Source: Chthoniobacteraceae bacterium (GTDB taxonomy: Bacteria > Verrucomicrobiota > Verrucomicrobiia > Chthoniobacterales > Chthoniobacteraceae). From it: a stretch of DNA of 24,904 nucleotides. Positions within the stretch are counted from its first letter, which is position 1; every line of letters begins with the position of its first letter. The stretch is taken from positions 1 through 24,904 of the forward strand of contig JANNWY010000009.1 of NCBI GenBank assembly GCA_031409335.1, written 5' to 3'. The translations under genes were made by a program, and so were the position numbers. Below are positions 7,151-16,700 of the stretch, one piece after another. The notes below the pieces were generated by a model. It made no database searches. It was not told where the DNA came from and worked only from the letters and a program-made list of their open reading frames with translations.

Positions 7151-10100
7151 TTACCGTGCCCGGGCGCGATTCTTCGCAGCAGTCGCTTTCGCCGCTGCTT
7201 GATCGGCGCGGAGCGATTCACCAAGCAAACGCAGAATCTTTTCCGCGTGAAGGCAGACGCCTTCGTCTGATGGAAGGTGCGATATGCCGTATTCGTAGAG
7301 GAATTCCGCCCGCACGCGATCTGCTGGTTCACAAGCCCCCAAAGCGAGATGGACCAGCGGATGGGCGGGGTCAATCCGATAGGCCTTACGCGCCACGCTG
7401 GCGCACCGATCGAGTCCGCGTCTGTCGTCTGCCGACGGGTCGGCGGCACGCTGCGCAACGATCCAGTCAATTTCCCGTTCGATGTATTCCAAGACAGACG
7501 GTGATCCGTTCGGCGAAATCGTCCGTGCTCGCGGATCCGTCAGCACCCAGCGCATGGCCCGCGTCCATGCACCGCCATCGTCGCGGACACCAAGCAGCCA
7601 TTCCCGGTCACTTTGCCGTCGAACCGGTGTTAGCGAGCGTTCGTGGCCCTCACGAGTCAATTCGCGGCTCGCAAGCATCGCCAGAAGGCGCGGCACCCAG
7701 GTGGGGGCCGGGCCTTCCGGGATGCGATGTTCCCACAGGCGGGCGTCACCGTCTGCCCCGGCGGTCACAATCCAGCGGCCATCCGAACTGAAATTGGCGT
7801 CCCACGCTTCGCGACTCGTCGCGCTGGCAATGTCCACTGCCTGATCTTCGGCGTTCACGGCGCTCGCGTGGCAAAGAGGGGCACCCCACGGCGTTCCGGT
7901 TAGCCCGTCCCACAGCCGCGCGACGCCGTCAAATCCAGCCGTAAGGATGAGCCGACTATTCGGGCCGAAGGTGGCGCTGGAGACTTCCGAGCCATGCTGC
8001 AAGCCGATTTTACGACCGCTCTTCGGCTCCCAAAGCAGCGCTCCGGGATTGCCTTCAATCGAGCCTGCAAGCACGATGCGCGTGCCCTTTTCATTCGGAA
8101 CTGCACTCCGCAAATTGCCGCGATCCTGCTTCCATTCCGTGGCGATGGCTAAAGTGCGCGCATCCCACAGGCGAACGGTGAGATCCGAACACGCTGTCAC
8201 TATCCAGCGACCATCGGCACTGAAGCAGGCGCGTCGGACAGAATCTGGATGCACCAGCGGCGGCGAGGCCGGTTCCCCGGTCTTTGTGTCCCAGAGTCGC
8301 GCCGCGCCATCTTCACCGGAGGTGATTATGCGAGCGCCATCGGGACTAAATGCGACGCTCGTAACCTGTGCGTCGTGCAGCAGGCGCGGCTCGATCGCTT
8401 CGCCGGTCCTCGCATCCCAGAGCGTCGCCTCCGATCCGCTTGCAGTAACGATGCGGGTGCCGTCCGGGCTGAATTCCGCCCACATTACACGCTTGGAATG
8501 TCGCAGTGGCGCAAGCGCCGCTTGTCCGTTTTCGACATTCCACACCCGCACTCCGCCGTCCCAGGATGCCGTGAGTAAAAGTCGATTATCGGGACTGAAA
8601 ACGGCGCGTGTCACCGGGCCGTCGTGGTGGAATGTATTTTCTATGGATTGTCCCACAGACCAATCCCACAACCGCGCAGTGTGATCGTCGCTCGCGGTCA
8701 AAATCTGAAGCGCGTTGGCGCTAAATTCCACACTCCGAATCGCCCCCTCATGAAGCAACGGCAGCCCGAGCGGTTCACCACTCACGGCATCCCACACTCG
8801 CGCCGTGCCGTCCTCGGTTGCTGTGACGATCAGGCATCCATCGCCGCTGAATCGTGCGTCAATGACCGCGGATGCGTGTTGCAACGCAATCCCCAGTGCT
8901 TCTGAATCCCCGCCGCCACCAACGTGCCAGATCACCACCTTGCCATCGGTACATGCGGTCGCGATGCGTGTTCCGTCGGGAGAAAATGATGCGGCATTGA
9001 TCGTTGTGTCATGCTCAAGGGCCAGGCCTGAGACCTTGCAGGACACAGGGTCCCAGATTTGCGCCCGGCGGTCCGATATTGTCAGCACCTGCCGGCCATC
9101 ACGGCTGAAGCAGGCTCGCGAGACCGGATCATTGTGCGGCAGCAGCGGGCCAATTTGCGCGCCTGTTTCAGAGTCCCAGAATCGCGCTGATTTATCGGAA
9201 CTCGCACTGAGCATCCGCCGACCATCCGGGCTGAAAGCTACCGTGTTCACCGCATCTGCGTGCACCATTGATGGACCAACGGGCTGTCCATTACTGGTAT
9301 CCCACAAACGTGCTGTGTTGTCTTCTGAACCAGTGGCAAAACGGGTGCCATCAACGTTGAAGGCGATACTTGTCACGCGACCGCGATGACGGAGTGGGTC
9401 GCCGCGGAGTGTGCCGGTTGCGACGTTCCAAAGCCGCGCTGAACCATCGTTGCTTGCCGTGGCGACAAACCTGCCGTCCGGCGAGAATGCAGCAGCTACC
9501 ACTGCCGACTCGTGTTGCAATCGAGGACCGACGCTTTTACGAGTTCGTGAGTCCCACACCTGCGCGGTACCATCGGCACTGGCCGTTACGATGAATCGCC
9601 CATCTGGACTGAAAGCAGCCAGCCACACCCGATCGGCGTGTTGCAACGGTGGCTCAAGCGCCCATGGAGCGATCTGGTCTCGCGTACGAAGCAGTTGCGT
9701 ATAAGCCTCAGTCGCGGCCACACGACTGGTGGGATCTTTTGTCAGCGCGTCCGCCAGTTGCATGAACGCCACCTCGGGTCGCCCTTTCCTATCTCTCTCC
9801 ATTCGCGCCACCTCCACACTTTGCGCTGCGCTCCTCTGGTGCCGCGCCAGTTCCTCCCACTCGTGCCACACGGCAAACCCACCAAATGCCGCAATTGCGA
9901 TTCCTCCCGACCACGCCAACGTTCGATGGGTGCGAAGCCATCGCCGGGACAGAACCGACAGCCATGCTCCGCTCCCTCCGACTAACGGCCGTTCGCCCCG
10001 TCGCCAGCGCGCCAGATCATCAGCCAGCGCACCCGCCGTTTCGTAGCGAAATTTCGGTTCACGCGCGAGTGCCTTTAAGATGATTAACTCAATCGCGCGA

Positions 10101-11128
10101 TTGACACGCTCATTGGCCTCGCGCGGTCGCTTCGGCTCTTCTGTTGCGATACGATGCATCAGTTCCTCGCTTTTCCCCACCCCATACGGATGCTTTCCCG
10201 TGATTAGTTCATACAGAATCACCCCGAGGCTGAATACGTCGCTGGCTGGCTCGACCGCCTGACCACGCACCTGTTCTGGAGACATGTATTTTGGCGTCCC
10301 GACAACATGCCCGGTGCCAGTAAATACTTGATCAATCGCTTGATCATCGGCCAGCACCTTCGCGACGCCAAAATCCAAAACCTTGGGTTCGCCCGCAGCA
10401 GTAACCCGAATATTCGTTGGCTTGAGATCACGGTGAATAATCTTTTCGGAATGTGCATATTGCACTGCCCGACAAACTTTTTCCGTTAGCTCGATGATTT
10501 GATCGTGAGACAACTTCCGTTCCCGTACGTAATCCCCGAGGTCCTGACCCTCGATGTACTCCATCACAAAATACGGCACGCCTTCGCACTCACCTCCGTC
10601 GAAAATGCGTGCGAACTGCGAACACTGAAAACGTGCGGCCAATCGCATCTCCTGCTGAAAGCGCATAAATTGCGGAGAAGCACCGTCAAAGGAAACCCTC
10701 ACTCCCAGGCAAATCTTCACGGCCACCTGTTGCTCGGTCGCCGTTTGGAACGCGAGCCAGACTACACCCATTCCGCCTCGTCCAAGTTCCCGGACCATTT
10801 GATATCCGGGAATAGCAGGTGCAGAGGGTTCGGTTGCTTTGGCCGCAACTTCCGAACTGTTCATCGCGGCATCGAACATGCAACGCGGGCATACCCCGCC
10901 TATCGCGTCCGCGTCCAGGAGCACCCCGCAATAGGCGCACCGTGCAGGGTCCGCCGGCAAAGTGGTTGGATCACTTTCACTGGAGGAGTCTGCCTCGGAT
11001 CGGTTCATAATGAGAGGAGTGCGCCACCGCAGGCCCATTCGCCGCAGCGCGGCTCCGATCGTCAATTGAAAAATCGGGAAAATGCTACGAATTCCGTCCA
11101 AGCGCAGCGGAATTGGAGTGCGGTTCAT
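7151..11128 (-). CDS. Hanks-type Ser/Thr protein kinase with N-terminal Zn-ribbon, TM helix and ~15 WD40 repeats (alternative start ATG 11008)
   Basis: CAYC...CPRC; GRGGMGVV, VAVK, HRDLKPTN, DFG, GTPKYMSPE, DVFSLG all intact; TM LAWSGGIAIAAFGGFAVW; repeats of LxH...V..A.FSPDG...TAS.D..ARLWD. Confidence 0.96.
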   Translation of the reverse strand: MNRTPIPLRLDGIRSIFPIFQLTIGAALRRMGLRWRTPLIMNRSEADSSSESDPTTLPADPARCAYCGVLLDADAIGGVCPRCMFDAAMNSSEVAAKATEPSAPAIPGYQMVRELGRGGMGVVWLAFQTATEQQVAVKICLGVRVSFDGASPQFMRFQQEMRLAARFQCSQFARIFDGGECEGVPYFVMEYIEGQDLGDYVRERKLSHDQIIELTEKVCRAVQYAHSEKIIHRDLKPTNIRVTAAGEPKVLDFGVAKVLADDQAIDQVFTGTGHVVGTPKYMSPEQVRGQAVEPASDVFSLGVILYELITGKHPYGVGKSEELMHRIATEEPKRPREANERVNRAIELIILKALAREPKFRYETAGALADDLARWRRGERPLVGGSGAWLSVLSRRWLRTHRTLAWSGGIAIAAFGGFAVWHEWEELARHQRSAAQSVEVARMERDRKGRPEVAFMQLADALTKDPTSRVAATEAYTQLLRTRDQIAPWALEPPLQHADRVWLAAFSPDGRFIVTASADGTAQVWDSRTRKSVGPRLQHESAVVAAAFSPDGRFVATASNDGSARLWNVATGTLRGDPLRHRGRVTSIAFNVDGTRFATGSEDNTARLWDTSNGQPVGPSMVHADAVNTVAFSPDGRRMLSASSDKSARFWDSETGAQIGPLLPHNDPVSRACFSRDGRQVLTISDRRAQIWDPVSCKVSGLALEHDTTINAASFSPDGTRIATACTDGKVVIWHVGGGGDSEALGIALQHASAVIDARFSGDGCLIVTATEDGTARVWDAVSGEPLGLPLLHEGAIRSVEFSANALQILTASDDHTARLWDWSVGQSIENTFHHDGPVTRAVFSPDNRLLLTASWDGGVRVWNVENGQAALAPLRHSKRVMWAEFSPDGTRIVTASGSEATLWDARTGEAIEPRLLHDAQVTSVAFSPDGARIITSGEDGAARLWDTKTGEPASPPLVHPDSVRRACFSADGRWIVTACSDLTVRLWDARTLAIATEWKQDRGNLRSAVPNEKGTRIVLAGSIEGNPGALLWEPKSGRKIGLQHGSEVSSATFGPNSRLILTAGFDGVARLWDGLTGTPWGAPLCHASAVNAEDQAVDIASATSREAWDANFSSDGRWIVTAGADGDARLWEHRIPEGPAPTWVPRLLAMLASRELTREGHERSLTPVRRQSDREWLLGVRDDGGAWTRAMRWVLTDPRARTISPNGSPSVLEYIEREIDWIVAQRAADPSADDRRGLDRCASVARKAYRIDPAHPLVHLALGACEPADRVRAEFLYEYGISHLPSDEGVCLHAEKILRLLGESLRADQAAAKATAAKNRARAR

Positions 11129-11380
11129 TTAACGGAAATTCCTTTCGCTCGGATCGATAGTTCCGACCGGTTCGACTTCGGAGCTTGGCGCAGTTGGAGG
11201 CTCAACGGGCCTGCCGAAAGATATTGCCACTGATGATGTCGTCTTTGACCCATCCTGTGAGGCAGGCGGATTCGCGAGAGGGATTGGCGAGGCGTCGAAT
11301 TGCGATGTGTTTCCGATGGATGGGAAGAGGGCAATGACAATGAGGGTAACGGCAGCGCGTGTGATAAGAATGATCTTCAT
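11129..11380 (-). CDS. 83-aa secreted or membrane-anchored Pro/Ser-rich hypothetical protein
   Basis: Hydrophobic N-terminus MKIILITRAAVTLIVIALFPSIG; its TAA is directly followed by the kinase ATG (TAAATG). Confidence 0.6.
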   Translation of the reverse strand: MKIILITRAAVTLIVIALFPSIGNTSQFDASPIPLANPPASQDGSKTTSSVAISFGRPVEPPTAPSSEVEPVGTIDPSERNFR

Positions 11381-11415
11381 GAGTTGGATTGTTAGGGCGG
11401 TGTCGATGCGGTCTT

Positions 11416-11445
11416 AGGGCCAGCGGACCCATGTCCGCTGGCCCT
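11416..11445. promoter_or_regulatory. Perfect 13-bp hairpin in the leader of the peptide-kinase unit
   Basis: agggccagcggac-ccat-gtccgctggccct; no U-tract on either side. Confidence 0.6.
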
Positions 11446-11520
11446 GTTCACCGCCGCCTACCGAGTGAACTGCACCGACTTGCTGGAACGCAGGCCCCGG
11501 GTCCGATTCAGAAAACCATT

Positions 11521-11556
11521 CCCCTCCTTACTCCGAACTTTCCCGGTAGCGGATAC
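11521..11556 (-). promoter_or_regulatory. Candidate ECF promoter, copy B
   Basis: Minus strand GTATCC-gctaccgggaaag-TTCGGAG-ta-AGGAGGGG, ~150 nt upstream of ATG 11380. Confidence 0.6.
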
Positions 11557-11687
11557 GGATGACCTGCAAATGTTTTTCCCGTTCCTACAGCAATTGAGCC
11601 GCGACCATGGCGCAGGCTGACCGCACAGTGTAGTGGCGCCCAAACGAAAATGCGGTCTGGCCGCGTGGCCTGCCGTGGGGGCTGGCC

Positions 11688-12443
11688 TTAGCCCAAAGCG
11701 GCCCGCAGAGCAGCCATCTCCTCTTCTACCTCCGCTTCGCTACTTACCGTTTCCGCAACCTCAGAACGGAACGCCTTGCGATAGCGTTCCCTCAACCGGG
11801 ATAGAATCATCTTCGTATTCTCGTTTGTGACGCCGAGCGCTTTCGCTATTCGCAGTACATTCTCATGATCCAGCGGCACCAGAATGTAGGGATTGAGAAT
11901 TGCGAATAGTTCTTCCTTCCCTTCCTGCTGGTAAACATCCTTCAGCGCATCAATTGCCCGGTGCAGGAGGGTGATCGCCCAGCGCCGATCGCATAGTTGG
12001 TCAGGCGATTCCACATCGATTGGTTCGGCAGCGTAGCGAGTCTCAGCGTCCAGGGCATCGAACGAAACGATTTCCTTCCCTCCGCCGCGCTTTGCGGCCT
12101 GGCCGCTTCGCCACTCATCCGCCAGAAAGTTCTTGAAGGCATTTAGAAGGAAGGCCCGCAGTTTCCCTTTCTCGCGGTCCGCTTTGGCGAACAATTCCCT
12201 TTCGAGCAGCACGCAGAAAAATCCCTGTACCGCATCCTTCGCATCCTCGGGCTGATGCCCGTGCCGGCGGGCGTAGCAGTAGAGCGGATACCAGTAGAGC
12301 TTGCACAAATCATCGAGCTCCCTTTTTGCTTTCGGTGAAAGTGCTCCGTCCGCATCGAGTGCAATCCTCACAAGCGACCAGCGAGTGGTGACGAATGAGC
12401 CGTCGCGATGATCGGATGGTTTTTCGGGAGGAGTGTCGCTCAC
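11688..12443 (-). CDS. ECF sigma-70 factor of the Ser/Thr-kinase-associated PVC type (~251 aa, probable GTG start)
   Basis: FVTTRWSLV, LCKLYWYPLYCYARRHG...DAKDAVQGFF, KGKLRAFLL, AAKRGGG, and region-4 HTH IAKALGVTNENTKMILSRLRERY. The ORF-track extension to 12965 overlaps the divergent gene and was trimmed. Confidence 0.9.
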   Translation of the reverse strand: MSDTPPEKPSDHRDGSFVTTRWSLVRIALDADGALSPKAKRELDDLCKLYWYPLYCYARRHGHQPEDAKDAVQGFFCVLLERELFAKADREKGKLRAFLLNAFKNFLADEWRSGQAAKRGGGKEIVSFDALDAETRYAAEPIDVESPDQLCDRRWAITLLHRAIDALKDVYQQEGKEELFAILNPYILVPLDHENVLRIAKALGVTNENTKMILSRLRERYRKAFRSEVAETVSSEAEVEEEMAALRAALG

Positions 12444-12540
12444 GGCTTGAGTCGTGGATTTTCCAGAACGCCGCGCAGGACGCAAGCCGTTCCTTCCGGC
12501 TCGACACGCCGCGCCAATCCGGACGAACGTCTCCGCTGCG

Positions 12541-13716
12541 ATGTCGCCTGCTAATCCTCGATCCCGCCGGGTCCGTCTTGTAGCGGCCATCTTCACGGGT
12601 GCCGTGATCGTAGCAGTGGTAGTGCGCTGGCGCGAAGCGGGCGGCACCTCGCGCAAAGGTCCACCGGTTTCATCCTTTTCACCTGCCGGAAAACCATTCG
12701 TCGAAACAGAATCGGCACCGGCCGCACGGCGCAGCGGGGGAACCGATAACGAAGATGGCATCGAGCTCGCTTTCACCCAGCTTGCGACAGCGAAAAACGC
12801 TGAGGAAAGCCGCGCCATCCTTCGTGAATTGCGCGATCGGCTTGGCGCGTTGCCACCGGAAAGTGCGATCCGGATCGTGACGACGTTCTTCGCCTCGCAG
12901 CAAGATGCCGGCACGCAACTCGACTTCACACTGGCGCAGGGCGGAAAACTTGCCGACGCCCCCACATTGCGGGTTTTCCTTCTCGACTACCTTGGCCAGA
13001 TCGACGCGCAGGCCGCGCGCGAACTGGCGGTGCAAGTTCTCGGCACGAAAAGCTCTCCCGATGAATGGGCGGTCAGCCTCCGCAATTACGCTTGGGCCGA
13101 TCCGTCAGCCGAGAGCCACGCATTTCTCCGGGAGCGAACTCGCGAGCTGATCCGTAACGACGCATGGCGCGAAAAACCGTCCGTCGGGTATCTCGAAGCG
13201 TTCGACGTGATCGTTCACACGCAGGACTTCGATTTGGTGCCGGACCTCGCGAAGCTGGCGCGCGACCGGGACAGCCGTGGCGTGGCATACGCCGCATATC
13301 TCACGCTGGATCGCCTCACGCTCGCAGCTCCCGCACGCGCCCTGGCACCGCTGGTCGATCGCCCGGAATTGATGACCGGCCGGGAGAAAACGAGGGCCAA
13401 CTTTGTCGCGCGGGCCGACGTCCGCGATCCAGAGCAGGCAATGATCGTCGAGCGTTATCTGATCGACGAGGGCCGTACCGCCGAGGAACTCGAAACCTTT
13501 TCCGGGATCTTCCCGAACGCCAACTACATGGTTTCAAACAATCTCCTCACGCCCACGGTCACTCTATCGCGCAACGAACTCATGCAACGGGATCAAGCCA
13601 GCCTTACGAAAGTCGGCGAATGGCTTAACGACCCGCGTTTTGAGCGGCTTCGTCCGCACCTCACAATCATTCAAGACCGCCTCCGCACATTTGTTTCGCA
13701 GACCTCCACACCTTGA
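12541..13716 (+). CDS. Membrane-anchored, mostly helical hypothetical protein (~391 aa), divergent from the ECF gene
   Basis: Long ORF; basic N-terminus plus TM (LVAAIFTGAVIVAVVV), low-complexity linker, Leu/Ala-rich helical body. ATG 12541 preferred over GTG 12454. Confidence 0.8.
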   Translation: MSPANPRSRRVRLVAAIFTGAVIVAVVVRWREAGGTSRKGPPVSSFSPAGKPFVETESAPAARRSGGTDNEDGIELAFTQLATAKNAEESRAILRELRDRLGALPPESAIRIVTTFFASQQDAGTQLDFTLAQGGKLADAPTLRVFLLDYLGQIDAQAARELAVQVLGTKSSPDEWAVSLRNYAWADPSAESHAFLRERTRELIRNDAWREKPSVGYLEAFDVIVHTQDFDLVPDLAKLARDRDSRGVAYAAYLTLDRLTLAAPARALAPLVDRPELMTGREKTRANFVARADVRDPEQAMIVERYLIDEGRTAEELETFSGIFPNANYMVSNNLLTPTVTLSRNELMQRDQASLTKVGEWLNDPRFERLRPHLTIIQDRLRTFVSQTSTP

Positions 13717-13768
13717 AGTCCCGCGGATCGTATGAGCGACACTGCTGAGTGGGCTGTGGTTCGGGGAT

Positions 13769-16700
13769 TCATCTGACGCCTTTGTACCCATCCGGCTCGC
13801 TCACTACCCCAACAAACGAGTTCAATTTGAGCATTCGCGCGCTCTCAGTGGAAGTCTTCCGAATCGCTCCACTGCCGAGGAGCGTGCGCGCTCCTTCTGC
13901 TGATCCAAATTTCAGTCTCACTTGCATAGGCGCATCATAGAATCGGGTTACGCCACTTTGGGCGGAATCGACACCGGCGGCCGCGAGAATTGCATTCCGA
14001 TCGAAAGCTCCACTCACTCCTGCGGCTTTCGCATCCCAGATAACCGCGCGCATCCGGAGCCGGCTGGAATCCCAAGAGAAGCTCACATAACCAACCTTCC
14101 TCAAACGAGGCGATCCCGCAATCCCCGGTAGCTTCTCTGTGAGATAGAAGATCGCGCTCGGCTTTTTGGCATCGAATGGTTTGTGTCCCTGAGCGCGTCC
14201 ACCTCGACGCCCTGCGTCGTCGCCGAGCATTCCCGTAAAGCTGAAACCACCGATGGACACCGCAACGGGCATCCTTTCGTCGATTTCAGAGAAGGAAAAC
14301 GTGGAAAGATCTGCCACCAAGGTCGCGCGCAGCCAGTGCCGCGTCACGGGCTTCCCATATCGAATGGAACCCCCACTTCTGAAGACTGGCACCTTCTCCA
14401 GAAGAGTCTCGGTCAAGGTAAAAATCGGGGTGTACTGGTGATCACCGCCCCCGGCCAGGATATTGCGTCCCGAGATGGTTCCACCCGCGGAGTCCATGGG
14501 AGTTTCCATTTCTTGCGGAATCATCGCCACATCTGGAAGGTCCACAACGGCAGGTGGGGATTCGAGCGTCAGCGTTCCGCCGGCGCCAATGACAATGCTC
14601 TCAAACGTGCCGCCGGCGGTAGTCATCGATCCGCCGGGCGGCACGACAATGCTTGGGAGCGTAATTTGGAAGCTGCGATCCACGGGAGTGGCCGCGGCAT
14701 AGTTGGCGTTGCCCGTCTGTCGGGCACGGATCGTCACAGCACCGAGGCCGGTGAGGGTCACGGTGCTGCCGTTGATCGTTGCCGGACCGGAGATGCCGAG
14801 ATAACTCACAGGCAACCCGGAAGTGGCTGTGGCATTCAGCGTGAATGGGGCTGAGCCAATTACCCGATTGGAAAGAGCCGCAAAGCTTATCGTTTGCGGC
14901 GCTGGCTGGACGGTAAGGCTCGCCGCGTTGCTCGTCAGAGAGCCGTTCGACCATGTCACCACGACAGAGTAATTGCCCTCGTCGGCGTCTTTCAGATTAC
15001 TGAGGTTTAGAATCCTCGCCGTCGCGCCGGAAATCGTCGTGCCATTGGCATTAACGCCGTTGCTTAAATTCACGCCGTTGCGCCGCCACTGATAGCCTGT
15101 TCCAGTCAACGGCGTTCCAGCGACACCGACGGTAAAGCTCGCGTTGCCGAAAGCCACCTTCGAGAGATTCACCGGATGCGACGTGATTCCGTTGTAGCTC
15201 ACCGTGACCGTGACCGAATTTGGCGTCGGATGAGTGCTGTCGTTCATGGCGATGCTCTTGGCGGCTGGGGTGAGATACCCAGCCACGCTGGTAAAGGAAA
15301 TGGAAACCGGATTCGTAATGATATTTGTTCTCGTCACGCTGCTATTGTAGTTCATGCCCAGGTAGGTCCACTGCGCTGTGCTGGGCGCCAGATTTACTGT
15401 CAGTCTGGAAGTACCGCTCCCGAGAGAGCTATAGGTAATGGAAATTCCCCCGTCACCCTGATCGTCTCCAAGACCCCCCCCGATCTCAGCATTTTTGAAC
15501 AGTTCCAGGACGCCGCTGTCGATCGCGCGCACCACCGTCTGCCCCGTCCCGCCGAGAAATATCGCCGCAGGGTAGTAGGCACCGCCCTCGAACTGCACGC
15601 ACAGAGGACCGCCGGAGTTGCCATTGCCGCTGCGCATCGCAGTGGTCGAGTATGTAAAATCGTGCGCTTTTGTCAGCGCCGTGCTCACGGGTGGCGTGCC
15701 GTGCATCCGCCCGTAGTTATTGGAAAGGATCTCCGCCGCCGGATCGGTCGGATATCCCACCAGAGTTTTTAGCGCGGAGGACGTGAGCCATTCGTTTTGG
15801 ACCGAATCACTCGCGAGATAACCGCTGTAGCCGCCGCGGCCCGCGTCTTCGAGGAAATAGACTGCCGCGGCATCGAGGTTCTGTGACACGGGTGAGCTTT
15901 GGCCGGGCGTGTTTTCCAGTTCCCGTCGCTCCGCGTAGCTCGTAAAAAGATGAAAACCCCGCGGAATCTGCGGTGCGGGTTCGTAGTTGCCTTTGTCGCG
16001 CTGGAAAAGCCACTGCAAGCCGGTCGCCGCCGAGAGCGTCCCGTCGTCGAAGACGACATGCGCCGCGGTCGCCACCACGTGCGCCTTCACCACAAAGCCG
16101 CTCCCAGCCCCCACGTCGCTGCGGAGCTGCCCCACCCATTGGTAAGGCAGGCCGGGGCTTGTCGTCACCGTGTCATAAGAGAGCACTCCCGGCACCACGC
16201 CCGACTGCGTTGGAGCCAGATAGTAGATCGCTGTCGCCGGAGTGGTATCGTTCTCGATCACATTCACCGAGATCGGAGTAGGAGTCGTTCGGGCAGGCGT
16301 GATTCCTGATAGCGGCTTGAATTCCACCAGATAAGTTCCCGGCGCCAATTCCGAGAGCGTCGTCCCGCTATCGCGCCATTGCGGGTCATTCTCGCCGAGC
16401 AAGCGCCACTGCGCGCGCTGATTCACGGGAAGTGTCTGGGTTGTCAATGAGTCAGGCTTGATGGTGATCGTCATCCCACCATTGGCTTCACCACCACTTG
16501 CGGCAAGATACTCAGCCATCACGAACGTTGCCTCTCCGCCGCTGATGATCGTTACCGGCTCCGGCGAAGGTGTGACACGGCCCGGGACCGGGCGAAATTC
16601 GATCACTCGGTCACTCGTTGTCAGTCCAAACACCGGCACTCCTGAAGATCGCCACTGCTGCTCGCCCGCAAAGCGCCATCCTGCGCCGACGAGTCCGTTG

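Noticed and set aside
12525..12556. Fourth copy of the ECF promoter motif upstream of the ECF gene
   Set aside because: Only CGGAG matches; the -35-like hexamer at the required spacing (GATTAG) and the AGG tail do not fit.
12444..12965. N-terminal extension of the ECF ORF to 425 aa
   Set aside because: Overlaps the divergent gene on the opposite strand; sigma similarity begins at FVTTRWS.
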